Shown: positions 22,441 to 32,578, counted from the stretch's first letter. The stretch is DNA of 64,000 nt from Phycisphaerae bacterium (GCA_963666925.2 CAXXTC010000005.1:96001-160000), one strand, 5' to 3'. A program made the numbers and translations. The notes: generated by a model from the letters alone, not told the origin.

Positions 22441-24906
22441 ATGAAACCCAGCAAACCAAGCCCACGCGGGACGCTGGCGCTGACCGGCGTCGTTCTTGCC
22501 CTGACCATGTTCGGCGGTCTGGTGCCGCAGGTCGGCGCAGCCGACTGGCCACCCGCACCGCCGCTGGAAAGCGCCGTCGACAACCAGGCCGGCCGGATGC
22601 CACCCTCCGTAACCGCGGAGTTGCTGACTCCCGGACAGTGGCGCTGCACGTTCCACTTCAAGCCCGACCGCCCCATCGATCAGGTCGTGCTGGCCGGCAC
22701 ATTCAACAACTGGAATCGCGGCGCCAATCCGCTGAGTGACTTGGACGGCGACGGTGTCTGGACCGCGGCGATCGACCTGCCCGCCGGCGAGCACCTCTAC
22801 AAGTTCGTCATCAACAACGACGACTGGCGCCAGGACCCGGGCAACGAGGAGGGTGTCTACGACGGCCACGACGGATTGAACTCGGTGCTCCGCCTGGGCC
22901 GGGTCGCGAACATCCACAAGTCGACCGCACAGCAGGGCGACAGCGCCATCATGGCCCTGGCCCTGGAGCACGACCCGCAACGCCCGATCTACTTCCAGAC
23001 CGCCGGCACCAACCAGGCCCTCTTCCGCCTGCGCACGTTGGCCCACGACGTCGAGCGCATTTGGCTGGTTCTAAGCACTGGGATCCAGGCCGAGCTGGCC
23101 CGCGTGCGCGAGGATCCGCGTTTTGACTTGTGGGAAGTGCTCGTACCACTGCCGACGAAACCCGACCTGCACTACACCTTCCTGCTTCAGGACGGCACGT
23201 TGAAGGGCCACGACCCCCGGATCTATGGAGTTCCCGTGACCAAGGAAGCCTTCCACACGCCCGACTGGGCCAAGCACGCCATCTGGTACCAGATTTTCCC
23301 CGAGCGCTTTCGCAATGGCTCAACCGCCAACGACCCCGAAAACACCATCCCGTGGACCATGGACTGGTTCGCCCAGGCCCCCTGGGAAGGCACCGACGGC
23401 CAGAGCTTCTACAAGCACTTCGTTTTCTGGCGCCACTACGGCGGCGACATCCAGGGCATCCAGGAGAAGCTCCCCTACCTCAAGGAGCTGGGCGTCAACG
23501 CCATCTATCTAAACCCCGTCTTCATCGGCTGGAGCAACCACAAGTACGACGCCACCAACTACATGCACATCGACCCGCAGTTCGGCGTCAAGGACGACTA
23601 CGAACAGATCGCGGCCACCGAAGACCTGCTCGACCCGTCGACCTGGAAATGGACCGAGTCTGACAAGGTCTTCCTCAACTTCCTGAAGAAAGCCCACGAG
23701 TTGGGCTTCCGCGTCATCATCGACGGCGTATTCAACCACGTCGGCCAGCCGCACCCGGCCTTCCAGGACATCAAGAAGAACGGCCCCAAGTCACCCTACG
23801 CCGACTGGTTCAACGTCACGTCGTGGGATCCGTTCGAATTCACCGGCTGGGCCGGCTTCGACGCCCTGCCCGAGTTCAGGAAATCCGCCGACGGCCTGGC
23901 CAGCGAATCCCTCAAGCAACATCTCTTCAACATCACCCGCCGCTGGATGGACCCCGATGGCGACGGCGATCCCAGCGACGGTATCGACGGCTGGCGGCTC
24001 GACGTACCCAATGAAATCCCCGCACCGTTCTGGACCGAGTGGCGCCAAGTCGTCAAATCAACCAACCCCGACGCCTATATCACCGGCGAGATCTGGGACC
24101 AGGCCGACCAGTGGCTCGACGGCAAACACTTCGACGCCGTCATGAACTACGAGTTCGCCAAGGTAGTCTGCTCCTGGGTCTTCAACCACAAGTACAAAAT
24201 CTCGCCCAGCCGGGCTGACCAGCGCTTCCGTGAATTGCGGCTGGCCTACCCGCTGGAAGCCACACTCGTCGTGCAGAACCTCATGGACAGCCACGACACC
24301 GATCGCGTCGCGTCCATGGCGCACAACCCCGATCGCGGTTACGACGCCCAGAACCGCATCCAGGACAACGGCCCCAACTACGACAACTCCAAGCCGACGC
24401 CGACGGATTATCGCCGTGCCCGCCTCGCGCTCGTGATCCAGATAACCTCCATCGGCGCGCCCATGATCTACTACGGCGACGAGGTCGGCATGTGGGGCGC
24501 CGACGATCCCACCTGCCGCAAGCCGATGCTCTGGAAAGACCTCGAACCCTACGAGAAACCCGAGCTCAACTACGTCATGGACGACCAGCTCGCGTTCTAC
24601 AAGCTGGCCATCGCGCTGCGCAACGCGCACCCTGCCCTGCGCACCGGCTCGTTCCAGACGCTGCTCACCAACGACCAGCAGGACGTCTGGGCCTTCCTCC
24701 GCAAAGACGCCAACGAACAGCTCGTCGTCATGCTGAACGCATCCGACCGCGAGCAAACCGTCGATGTGCCGCTGCCGCTGGCGGCGCCGAACAAGTGGCA
24801 CGGCGTGTTCAATACCGACGCGACACTCGACACCGACGAGCACAAGCTGCACGTCACCGTCCCCGCGATCAGCGGAGTCGTCTTCCACGCGGCCACGCCC
24901 AAGTAG
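22441..24906 (+). CDS. Secreted GH13 alpha-amylase/neopullulanase with N-terminal CBM48-like and E-set domains
   Basis: Signal peptide. LAGTFNNWN..YKFVIN carbohydrate-binding module. Catalytic regions DGVFNH, GWRLDV, GEIW and SHD. Confidence 0.92.
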   Translation: MKPSKPSPRGTLALTGVVLALTMFGGLVPQVGAADWPPAPPLESAVDNQAGRMPPSVTAELLTPGQWRCTFHFKPDRPIDQVVLAGTFNNWNRGANPLSDLDGDGVWTAAIDLPAGEHLYKFVINNDDWRQDPGNEEGVYDGHDGLNSVLRLGRVANIHKSTAQQGDSAIMALALEHDPQRPIYFQTAGTNQALFRLRTLAHDVERIWLVLSTGIQAELARVREDPRFDLWEVLVPLPTKPDLHYTFLLQDGTLKGHDPRIYGVPVTKEAFHTPDWAKHAIWYQIFPERFRNGSTANDPENTIPWTMDWFAQAPWEGTDGQSFYKHFVFWRHYGGDIQGIQEKLPYLKELGVNAIYLNPVFIGWSNHKYDATNYMHIDPQFGVKDDYEQIAATEDLLDPSTWKWTESDKVFLNFLKKAHELGFRVIIDGVFNHVGQPHPAFQDIKKNGPKSPYADWFNVTSWDPFEFTGWAGFDALPEFRKSADGLASESLKQHLFNITRRWMDPDGDGDPSDGIDGWRLDVPNEIPAPFWTEWRQVVKSTNPDAYITGEIWDQADQWLDGKHFDAVMNYEFAKVVCSWVFNHKYKISPSRADQRFRELRLAYPLEATLVVQNLMDSHDTDRVASMAHNPDRGYDAQNRIQDNGPNYDNSKPTPTDYRRARLALVIQITSIGAPMIYYGDEVGMWGADDPTCRKPMLWKDLEPYEKPELNYVMDDQLAFYKLAIALRNAHPALRTGSFQTLLTNDQQDVWAFLRKDANEQLVVMLNASDREQTVDVPLPLAAPNKWHGVFNTDATLDTDEHKLHVTVPAISGVVFHAATPK

Positions 24907-24929
24907 CGTGCCATAGCGTCAGAGGCTCG

Positions 24930-26516
24930 ATGAAACCGCAGCGCCGCAACCGTAACAAAAGCAACAGCCGCCGCGACGATGGCTGCTCGTTGACCATGCG
25001 CTCGGCCGGCATTCTGCTGCACCCGACCTCGCTACCCGGCCCGCACGGCACCGGCGACGTCGGCCCGGCCGCCCGCGACTTCGTCAACTGGCTCGCCGCC
25101 GCCGGCCAACGCTGGTGGCAGATGCTCCCGGTCGGGCCGGTCGGAGCCGGCAATTCGCCCTACAGCGCCCTCTCCGCATTCGCCGGCAGCCCGCTGCTCA
25201 TCAGCCTCGAACACCTCGCCGACGACGGCCTGCTCTCACAGCGTGATATCCGCCCCGTCCGCGGCCTCAGCGCCGACCACGTCAACTATTCGGCCGTCGA
25301 ACGGTTCAAGCTCACCCGCCTGCGGCGCGCCGCCGACGCTTTCATCCACGCGGGCGGCCTGCAAAGCCAGCCCTTCCGCGAATTCTGCGAGCGCGAGAGC
25401 TACTGGCTCGACGACCACGCTCTCTACACCGCCATCCGCAAGCAGCAAGGCGGCAAGTTCTGGACGCGCTGGCCCAAGCCGCTGCGCCTGCGTCACAAAC
25501 CCGCGCTGCGCGCCGCCGCCGACCAGCTCGCTGCCGACGTCAACTTCGAACGCTTCGTGCAATTCGAGTTCGATCGGCAATGGCGCGACCTGCGCCGCGC
25601 CGCCAACGACGCCGGCATCGCTCTCATCGGCGACATCCCCTTTTTCGTCTCGCACGACAGCAGCGACGTCTGGGCCCAGCGTCCACTCTTCGACCTCTTG
25701 CCCGATGGGCGGGCACGCACCATCTCCGGCGTGCCACCGGACTGCTTTAGCAAGACCGGCCAACGCTGGGGACACCCGCAATACAGTTGGCACCGCCACG
25801 AGAAGACCGGGTTCGCGTGGTGGATCGCTCGCTTCGCACGCATCTTCAGCCTGTTCGACGCCGTCCGCATCGACCACTTCCTCGGGTTCTACCGCGTCTG
25901 GTCGGTGCCGGGGCACCACCGCACCGCCAAGAACGGCACCTGGAAACGCACCCCGGGCAACAAGCTCCTCAGCACGCTTCAACGCCAGCTCGGCGAGCTG
26001 CGCATCATCGCCGAAGATCTCGGCGTGGTGACTGACGCGGCCTTCGCGCTGCGCGACCGCTTCGGCTTCCCCGGCATGCGGCTCGTGCACTTCGCCTTCG
26101 GCAACGATACCGGCGACCGCTACAACCAGCCCCACAGCCATCCGCCCAACTGCGTCGCCTATCCCGGCACGCACGACAACGAGACCACCGTCCAGTGGCT
26201 CGACCGCCTGCGCCGCGAAGATCGCCGCAGCCGAAAGGGCGAGTTCACCCCCTGGCAGCGCCTGCTCCGCTACCTCGGCCCGACCAGCCGGGAACTGCAC
26301 TGGGACGTCATCCGCTTGGTACAGGGCTCATCCGCGAACCTGGCGATCATCCCGCTCCAGGACGCACTCGGGCTCGGAGCCGCCGCCCGCATGAACATCC
26401 CCGCCACCACGCGCGGCAACTGGGAATGGCGCGTCAGTCGCCGGGCTCTGACCAACCGCGTCGCCGCCCGCCTGCGCGAACTGGCCGACGCCTTCGGCCG
26501 CAATACGAACGGCTGA
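24930..26516 (+). CDS. malQ: 4-alpha-glucanotransferase (amylomaltase, GH77)
   Basis: GILLHPTSLPG, WQMLP, SPYS, GVPPD, RIDHF, IAEDLG and GTHDN. Confidence 0.95.
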   Translation: MKPQRRNRNKSNSRRDDGCSLTMRSAGILLHPTSLPGPHGTGDVGPAARDFVNWLAAAGQRWWQMLPVGPVGAGNSPYSALSAFAGSPLLISLEHLADDGLLSQRDIRPVRGLSADHVNYSAVERFKLTRLRRAADAFIHAGGLQSQPFREFCERESYWLDDHALYTAIRKQQGGKFWTRWPKPLRLRHKPALRAAADQLAADVNFERFVQFEFDRQWRDLRRAANDAGIALIGDIPFFVSHDSSDVWAQRPLFDLLPDGRARTISGVPPDCFSKTGQRWGHPQYSWHRHEKTGFAWWIARFARIFSLFDAVRIDHFLGFYRVWSVPGHHRTAKNGTWKRTPGNKLLSTLQRQLGELRIIAEDLGVVTDAAFALRDRFGFPGMRLVHFAFGNDTGDRYNQPHSHPPNCVAYPGTHDNETTVQWLDRLRREDRRSRKGEFTPWQRLLRYLGPTSRELHWDVIRLVQGSSANLAIIPLQDALGLGAAARMNIPATTRGNWEWRVSRRALTNRVAARLRELADAFGRNTNG

Positions 26517-26538
26517 TTCTCCGCGCCAATTCAGCAGG

Positions 26539-27606
26539 TCACTTGCGCAGCTCGATCAAGTGGGTTTCCTGCGCCTCGGCCACGTCTCCCACGACCCACA
26601 ACGGCTGATCGGCCGCCGCGAACGCCGCCGTCAGTCGATCCAACTGCTCCGGCGCTACCGCGGCCAGCAATCCACCCGACGTCTCGGGCGTCATCAGCAG
26701 ATTCAGCAGCTCTTCACTGACGCCTGGGTCACAATGCACGTGCTCCTCGAACGCCTGCTTGTTGGTCGTGGTCCCGGCCGGGAACAGCCACATGTCCGCA
26801 TACTCTTCCGCCCCGGGCAAAAACGGGATCTGGTCAGCATAGAAACGCAACTGCACGTTGCCCCGCTCCGCCATCTCGCTCCCATGGCCGAGCAGCGCGA
26901 ATCCGGTCACGTCCGTACACGCATGCACGCTGCCCGTCGCCATCAGCAGCTCCGCTGCCTGCTTGTTGAGCTTCAGCATCGACGCGATAGCCGCATCGAC
27001 GTGCGCCGACTCCGCTTCGCCCGCTTTCAGCACGGTCGTCACAATGCCCACGCCCAGCGGCTTGGTCAGCACCAGCAGATCCCCCGGCCGCGCGCCGCCC
27101 TTGGTCCACACCCGCCCCGGATGCACAAACCCAATGGCCGCCAAGCCGTACTTGGGCTCGCGATCATCCACCGAATGCCCGCCGACCAAGCAGCCGCCCG
27201 ACTCGCGCACCTTGTCCGCCCCGCCGCGCAAAATCTCCGTAATCAGCTCCGGCGGCAGGCACTCCGACAAACAGCAGATATTCAGCGCCAGCGCAACCTG
27301 CCCCCCCATCGCGTACACGTCACTCAGCGCATTAGTCGCCGCGATCGCACCGTACGTGTAGGCGTCGTCAACAATCGGCGTGAAGAAATCCAGCGTTACG
27401 ATCAGGGCCGTCTCGTCATTGATGCGATAGACGGCTGCATCGTCGCGCACCTCCCCCAGACCCACGATGAGCTGCGGATACAGTTCCGCGGGAAACAGAT
27501 CACCCAGTGGACGCAGAACCTGCGCCAGCGCCTCAGGCGCCATTTTCGCCGCTCAGCCGGCGGCCTTGGTCATCTGCGTCAAACGTATCCGTTGGGCGTC
27601 AGACAT
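26539..27606 (-). CDS. selD: Selenide, water dikinase; selenoprotein with Sec18 (UGA at 27553-27555)
   Basis: MSDAQRIRLTQMTKAAG-UGA-AAKMAPEAL is in frame with the tracked ORF (DDAAVY, LDFFTPIVDD, DVTGFALLGH, ETSGGLL). The UGA sits at the catalytic Cys/Sec of the G-U-x-x-K motif. Confidence 0.95.
27507..27552 (-). promoter_or_regulatory. Bacterial SECIS-like hairpin downstream of the selD UGA
   Basis: mRNA GGCGCAG-GUU-CUGCGUC stem-loop (27510-27526), apical loop about 33 nt after UGA. Resembles the GCAGGUCUGC apex of the E. coli fdhF SECIS. Confidence 0.7.
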
Positions 27607-27725
27607 CTCAGCCTCAACCAGATTCCCTGCACTGCGCGAGCCACGCACTCGCGCCCTTGATTCTCCCTGCCACACGGCCCCGTGGCCAGCCATAAGCGTA
27701 CATTCTCAAAAGTCCCACATCCCAA

Positions 27726-27795
27726 GTGGGGCGGGCGTCCCGCCCGCCATGCCTCGATTGTCTAACGGAGACGGCGGGCGAGACGCCCGCCCCAC
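27726..27795. repeat. REP-like inverted pair of palindromic repeats
   Basis: GTGGGGCGGGCGTCCCGCCCGCC (27726-27748) and GGCGGGCGAGACGCCCGCCCCAC (27773-27795) form a 23-bp inverted repeat with 1 mismatch. Each unit is internally palindromic. Confidence 0.75.
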
Positions 27796-27836
27796 CTCGT
27801 ATAAGAGGCAAACAGCATAAGAGAACATACCAGCAT

Positions 27837-28061
27837 TCAATCCAACAATTCGATGCGATCGATCTCCAGGCCGACCACCGTCAACGCTTCCTGCGCCGCC
27901 TCCTGCTCACCAGCCAATATGCGCACCGCCGAGCCGCAATCGCTGCTCAGATGCCGCGGCGTCGGCACCAGCTTCACCGTCAGGTCCGCTCGCTTCAGCA
28001 CACGCTCCGCCTGGATCGCGTGGCTGGTCGTATGAACCAGTATCACCGCGAATTCAGCCAT
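27837..28061 (-). CDS. DUF3343 family putative Se/S carrier-like protein
   Basis: TTSHAIQAERVLK...LVPTPRHLSSDCG motif. ATG overlaps the desulfurase stop. Confidence 0.85.
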   Translation of the reverse strand: MAEFAVILVHTTSHAIQAERVLKRADLTVKLVPTPRHLSSDCGSAVRILAGEQEAAQEALTVVGLEIDRIELLD

Positions 28062-29214
28062 GCGCCCCCCCTGCCGCCAGCCGTGCGACCGCCGCACATA
28101 CCTGGGCAATATCCTCCCGCGTCGTAAACGGCCCCGGCGCCAGACGCACCGTCCCCGCCGGCAGCGTCCCCAACGTCCGATGTGCCCGCGGCGCACAGTG
28201 CAGCCCGGGCCGACACATGATTCCGAAATGCTCATCAAACTGCTGCGCCACCTGCCCGGGCGCCATGTCCGCGAGCGTGAAAGACACCGCCGCCGTCTGC
28301 CGACGCGCATCCAGTGTCCCCAGTACGCGCACCCCCGCAATCCGCCGCAATCCATCAATCAACTGCGCTGTCAGCTCCTCCTCATGTGTTCGGATCGCCG
28401 CCCGCCCGTGCTCGTTGATGTACTCCAGACCCGCCAGTAGCCCCGCCAGCCCCATGATGTTCGGCGTACCCGGCTCGTACTTGTCCGGCAAAACCTCCGG
28501 CTGCGTCTCGTGCTCTGATTTCGAACCTGTGCCACCCTGCATCAGCGGCGGCAGACGCGCCGGGTCGAATTCGTCCGCCAACGCCAGCCCACCCGTCCCA
28601 GTCGGCCCCAGCAAGCTCTTGTGCCCCGTAAACGCCAACAGATCGATCTGGTCCGCCGCCATGTCGATCGGCAGCGTCCCCGCCGTCTGGGCCGCATCGA
28701 CCAGCAGCGGCACACCCCGGGCGCGGGTCAGTGCCCCGATCTCACGAATCGGCAGAATCGTCCCGCACACGTTCGACGCGTGGTTCACCACGCACAGCCG
28801 GGTCGTCGGACGCAGACGATCACGCAACTGGTCAACGTTCAGCGTCCCGTCCGGCCCACACGCGACGATGCTTAGCTCCACACCGCGTTTCTCGGCCGCC
28901 CGCAGGGGCCGCATGGTGGCGTTGTGCTCCATGCCGGTCGTGACAACGTGATCGCCCGGCTCGAGCAGGCCGTGAATCACGAAATTGAGCGCCGCCGTCG
29001 CGTTCAGCATAAACACCGCGCGCAGCGGGTCACGCACATTGAATAACTCCGCCAGCGCCGCCCGACAGTCGAACCGCACCCGCTCGGCCTCGTTGGCGAG
29101 CCGATGCCCACTACGCCCTGGAGACGCGCCCACGTCGCGCAGGAAGCGCGTCACCGCATCCGCCACCGCCGGCGGCTTCGGCCACGACGTCGCCGCATTA
29201 TCCAGGTAAATCAT
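28054..29214 (-). CDS. Class V aminotransferase: cysteine desulfurase / selenocysteine lyase
   Basis: MIYLDNAATSWPKP, EHNA, DAAQTAG, GHK (PLP Lys) and RPGLHCAP (catalytic Cys). Confidence 0.92.
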   Translation of the reverse strand: MIYLDNAATSWPKPPAVADAVTRFLRDVGASPGRSGHRLANEAERVRFDCRAALAELFNVRDPLRAVFMLNATAALNFVIHGLLEPGDHVVTTGMEHNATMRPLRAAEKRGVELSIVACGPDGTLNVDQLRDRLRPTTRLCVVNHASNVCGTILPIREIGALTRARGVPLLVDAAQTAGTLPIDMAADQIDLLAFTGHKSLLGPTGTGGLALADEFDPARLPPLMQGGTGSKSEHETQPEVLPDKYEPGTPNIMGLAGLLAGLEYINEHGRAAIRTHEEELTAQLIDGLRRIAGVRVLGTLDARRQTAAVSFTLADMAPGQVAQQFDEHFGIMCRPGLHCAPRAHRTLGTLPAGTVRLAPGPFTTREDIAQVCAAVARLAAGGAHG

Positions 29215-29228
29215 CAGCGCACCCGGGC

Positions 29229-29444
29229 TCAAGCCTTAAGCAGCGTCAGCTCAAACACGTCGTCCTTTTCCTCGTAGCTGACCTGCCAGCCGAGCTTCTC
29301 GGCCGCCCTCGTGCAGTTGTGCACCTGCGTCATCGTATCAACCAGCACCGTGACCTGGTCGCCGCCCCCCTGTTGGAGCGCCTTGCGCGTCAGAATCACC
29401 GGCTGCGGACACGACAACCCCCGCGCATCAACCGTTTCTCCCAT
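29229..29444 (-). CDS. TusA/SirA (YedF-like) sulfur/selenium carrier
   Basis: VDARGLSCPQPV motif. Confidence 0.9.
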   Translation of the reverse strand: MGETVDARGLSCPQPVILTRKALQQGGGDQVTVLVDTMTQVHNCTRAAEKLGWQVSYEEKDDVFELTLLKA

Positions 29445-29448
29445 GACG

Positions 29449-30540
29449 TTACCTCCCGAGCGCCAGCCGCTCGCGCCCCATGAAGCCAATAATAAGAACC
29501 ACAACAAAGCCGATTACGACGATGTACGGTGCCGTCGGCTGCGCCGCGACCATCATGAAATTGTGCGCCACGGCCGCCCCCGTCAGCATGCCCAGGATGA
29601 AAACGGCCGCATCGGCATCACCCTCTCCGGAGAGGAACACCTGTCGCCCCGGACACCCCCCCGCCAGCGTAAACGACAGCCCCGCCAGCACCATGCCGGC
29701 AAAGTTCAGCCAGTGCGTCGTGTGAGCCGCCGGCTGACCCTCAAACCCCGGATGAAACTGCTTGAAGAACTGGTTCAGGACAAAGGCCGCCACCAGAAAA
29801 GCCAGCACACCCGAAAAGAGATGAAAATCGCGCATCAATATCAGATCTCGCAGCCCGCCCACGGTACAAAACCGCGTCCGCTGCGCCAGGAACCCGATGA
29901 ACAGGGCGACCAGCGTTGATACCCAGGCAGCGGCATGGACGGCGCCCGCCCCTTTTGTGCTGGCGAACAGTGCTACGTTCGCGTCAGCGGGGCCAAACTT
30001 CGGATATGTGAATGCCAATATCAATAACACCACCATCACGAACGGCATGGCCAGCCCGGTGACGGTCCGCGCAGGTGATGATCGCCCCAGGCTGAAACCC
30101 GCCCGCAGGAACCCAACACCTATTGATATGCCAACGATCAATCCCCCCAACCCCAGGATGGCATTCCAGTCGCCACCGGCCAGCCGCAACAGCGCCCGCC
30201 ACGGACAACCCAGGAAGATGAGCGCCCCGATCATAGCAAACATTCCAAGAATGAAACGCACCACTGGTGCGGAGCCTGTTCGCGGCCTGAATTCGCCGAA
30301 AATCAGGGCGGCCAGGAACGATCCCAGGCAAAATGCGGGGATTTCGGGCCGGAGATATTGCACGATCGCCGCCCGATGCAGGCCCAGCGCCCCGGCGATA
30401 TCCCGTGTGAAACAGGCCACGCAAATGCCCATATTGGCGGGATTTCCCCAATATTGAAGGGTGGCGGCCAAGCTCCCAATGATCAGGCCGACCGCAATAA
30501 TCCCCCCCAATGTGGCAAATAGATCAGTTGGTTTTTTCAT
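29449..30540 (-). CDS. yedE: YedE family putative selenium/sulfur transporter
   Basis: GNPANMGICVACF.RDIAG, LGCPWR, QRTRFCTVGG and GGCPGRQ motifs; multi-TM. Confidence 0.88.
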   Translation of the reverse strand: MKKPTDLFATLGGIIAVGLIIGSLAATLQYWGNPANMGICVACFTRDIAGALGLHRAAIVQYLRPEIPAFCLGSFLAALIFGEFRPRTGSAPVVRFILGMFAMIGALIFLGCPWRALLRLAGGDWNAILGLGGLIVGISIGVGFLRAGFSLGRSSPARTVTGLAMPFVMVVLLILAFTYPKFGPADANVALFASTKGAGAVHAAAWVSTLVALFIGFLAQRTRFCTVGGLRDLILMRDFHLFSGVLAFLVAAFVLNQFFKQFHPGFEGQPAAHTTHWLNFAGMVLAGLSFTLAGGCPGRQVFLSGEGDADAAVFILGMLTGAAVAHNFMMVAAQPTAPYIVVIGFVVVLIIGFMGRERLALGR

Positions 30541-31002
30541 GGCGCACCACTCCTGGCTGTTTAGGGTATGAGCAGCGATCAGATGGGAGGAGGGTTGGAG
30601 ACCGGCGCAGAAGGTCTAGGCGGCGCGGAACGCACCGCTGGCGCGGCAGGCGGAAAATGCCTCGCGACCCTGAACCAGGGTCGACATTCGCAGCACTCAT
30701 GTTCGTTGCGGCATCATCATGCCGACAGTCTCCAAACACGCGAGGTTGACAAGCTCATCGTCCCGAAGTGTAGCACTTCGCCCGGATGCCCACAACAACG
30801 GTCCGACCGCCCACCAGACCCCCGACAGCCGCATGGGGCGGCACCATTTTTCCGGCGCGCCCCCCTTTCTTTTCGATCCATGCTCCGTACACTATCGGAC
30901 GAAAGATGGGAGGAACGGTCGCCTGGCGCGGTGCGCGGCCGGATGACACGGATTGTCGCCCTCCCCCAGCATTACACAACCATCAGGACAGGAGAAGCGG
31001 TC

Positions 31003-32511
31003 ATGATCAGACAACTATGTCGGAAATCCATACTCGGTATGCTCGTAGTCACCGTGCTGGCCGTTCCGGCGCTGGCCGACGACGCTCGCTCGGACGAGCA
31101 GACGGCGGCCAGACTGGAGGCGCTCATCGCCTCCCAGCAACAGCGCATCGACAACCTCGAACAACAAGCAGCGGCTATGTCGGCCCAGGACCAGGGTACT
31201 GTCCGGGCGGAAGCGATGAAGCAGCAGATTCGCGAAGTGCTCAGCGAAGCTGAGTTCCGTGAGAGCCTGATGCCCTCCACACTCCAGGCGGGCTACGACG
31301 ACGGCTTCTTCATCCGCAGCAGCGACAACAACTTCCTGATGAAGTTCTTCGGCCGCATCCAGTTCCGCTACACCTACTATTCGACCCGTAGCGAGAACCA
31401 TTACCTCGTCCCCGGCTTCCGGCGCCATGACCGGTCCGGGTTCGATGCTGCCCGCGTACGTTTTGGTGTGCGCGGCCACGCCTACACGCCGGATCTGACT
31501 TACTGCCTGGAGCTCGAGGCTGATGAAGCTGACGGCTACGACTTCGTCCTGAGCGGAATCGAAGTCAACTATCACTTCTGCGACGAGTTCCAGATGACCG
31601 CCGGTCTGATGAAGCTCGCCTCGATGCGTTCCTCAATGACTTCGGATGCCAACCTCCAGTTCGTCGAGCGTCCCATGGTCGACGCGGTCTTTGCCGCCGG
31701 CTACGGCATCGGTCTACGTTTCTGGGGTCAGCTCTTTGACCAGCGGCTCACCTACTACCTGGATATCGCGAACTCGATGACCAACGGTGAAGGCGCCGGT
31801 GCCGGGGCCACCATCCGCAACGACGAAGTCAACCAGCTCGATGGCAACCCCGCGATCCTCTTCCGCACCGTTTATCACGTTATGGGAGAAGATGCCGACA
31901 CCTTCGCGTGCCAGGCTGACCATAATCATTGCCAGGAACCCGGCCTGGACATCGGCTTCCACTACGCCTTCAACGAAGACTACCAGGACGCCATCACCAG
32001 CAGCATTCCCTACCCGCGCAAGACCTTCTTCCGCTCGGGTGGTTTCGGGTTGACCAACTCCAACGGGCTCCAGATCAACCAGTTCGGCTTTGACGCCGCC
32101 TTCAAGTACATGGGCTTCTCGGCCACCGCCGAGTACGTCCTCCGTATCCTCGACGTGCGTTCCGCCGCCAGCGCGCCGTACTCCCCGCTCTTCCTCGCCA
32201 CTGGCGATGGCTCCACCAACGTCCAGCACGGCGGCTACCTGCAGTGCGGCTACTTCCTGCCGATCCCCGGCATGGAAGACAAGTTTGAGGTGGTCGGTCG
32301 CGTCGGTGGCATCGCTGCGGTCTCCAGCGGCAGCGAATGTGCCTGGGAATACGCCGGCGGCCTCAATTACTACATCAACGGCGATAATCTGAAGCTTCAG
32401 ACCGATATCACGTATGTCGATGAGGCGCCCATCAGTAACAGCCGCTACAGCCTGGCCAACGTCAACGACGATGCCCTCGTCTTCCGCGTCCAGTTGCAAC
32501 TGGCCTTCTAG
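31003..32511 (+). CDS. Outer-membrane porin (OprO/OprP-like) with N-terminal coiled coil
   Basis: Signal peptide, coiled coil, AGYDDGFFI..GRIQFRY, and C-terminal beta-signal FRVQLQLAF. GGAG precedes ATG 31003. Confidence 0.8.
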   Translation: MIRQLCRKSILGMLVVTVLAVPALADDARSDEQTAARLEALIASQQQRIDNLEQQAAAMSAQDQGTVRAEAMKQQIREVLSEAEFRESLMPSTLQAGYDDGFFIRSSDNNFLMKFFGRIQFRYTYYSTRSENHYLVPGFRRHDRSGFDAARVRFGVRGHAYTPDLTYCLELEADEADGYDFVLSGIEVNYHFCDEFQMTAGLMKLASMRSSMTSDANLQFVERPMVDAVFAAGYGIGLRFWGQLFDQRLTYYLDIANSMTNGEGAGAGATIRNDEVNQLDGNPAILFRTVYHVMGEDADTFACQADHNHCQEPGLDIGFHYAFNEDYQDAITSSIPYPRKTFFRSGGFGLTNSNGLQINQFGFDAAFKYMGFSATAEYVLRILDVRSAASAPYSPLFLATGDGSTNVQHGGYLQCGYFLPIPGMEDKFEVVGRVGGIAAVSSGSECAWEYAGGLNYYINGDNLKLQTDITYVDEAPISNSRYSLANVNDDALVFRVQLQLAF

Positions 32512-32542
32512 CCTCACCGGCTAGCAAGTAGGACGATAATCG

Positions 32543-32578
32543 AACCCCTGGTGGCCCATCCCGGCCGCCAGGGGTTTT
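32543..32578 (+). terminator. Rho-independent terminator
   Basis: AACCCCTGGTGGCC/GGCCGCCAGGGGTT stem followed by TT. Confidence 0.7.

Noticed and set aside
29215..29231. Selenocysteine read-through at the TGA ending the TusA-like gene
   Set aside because: The domain is complete, further in-frame TGA stops follow within a few codons, and the next gene is in another frame.
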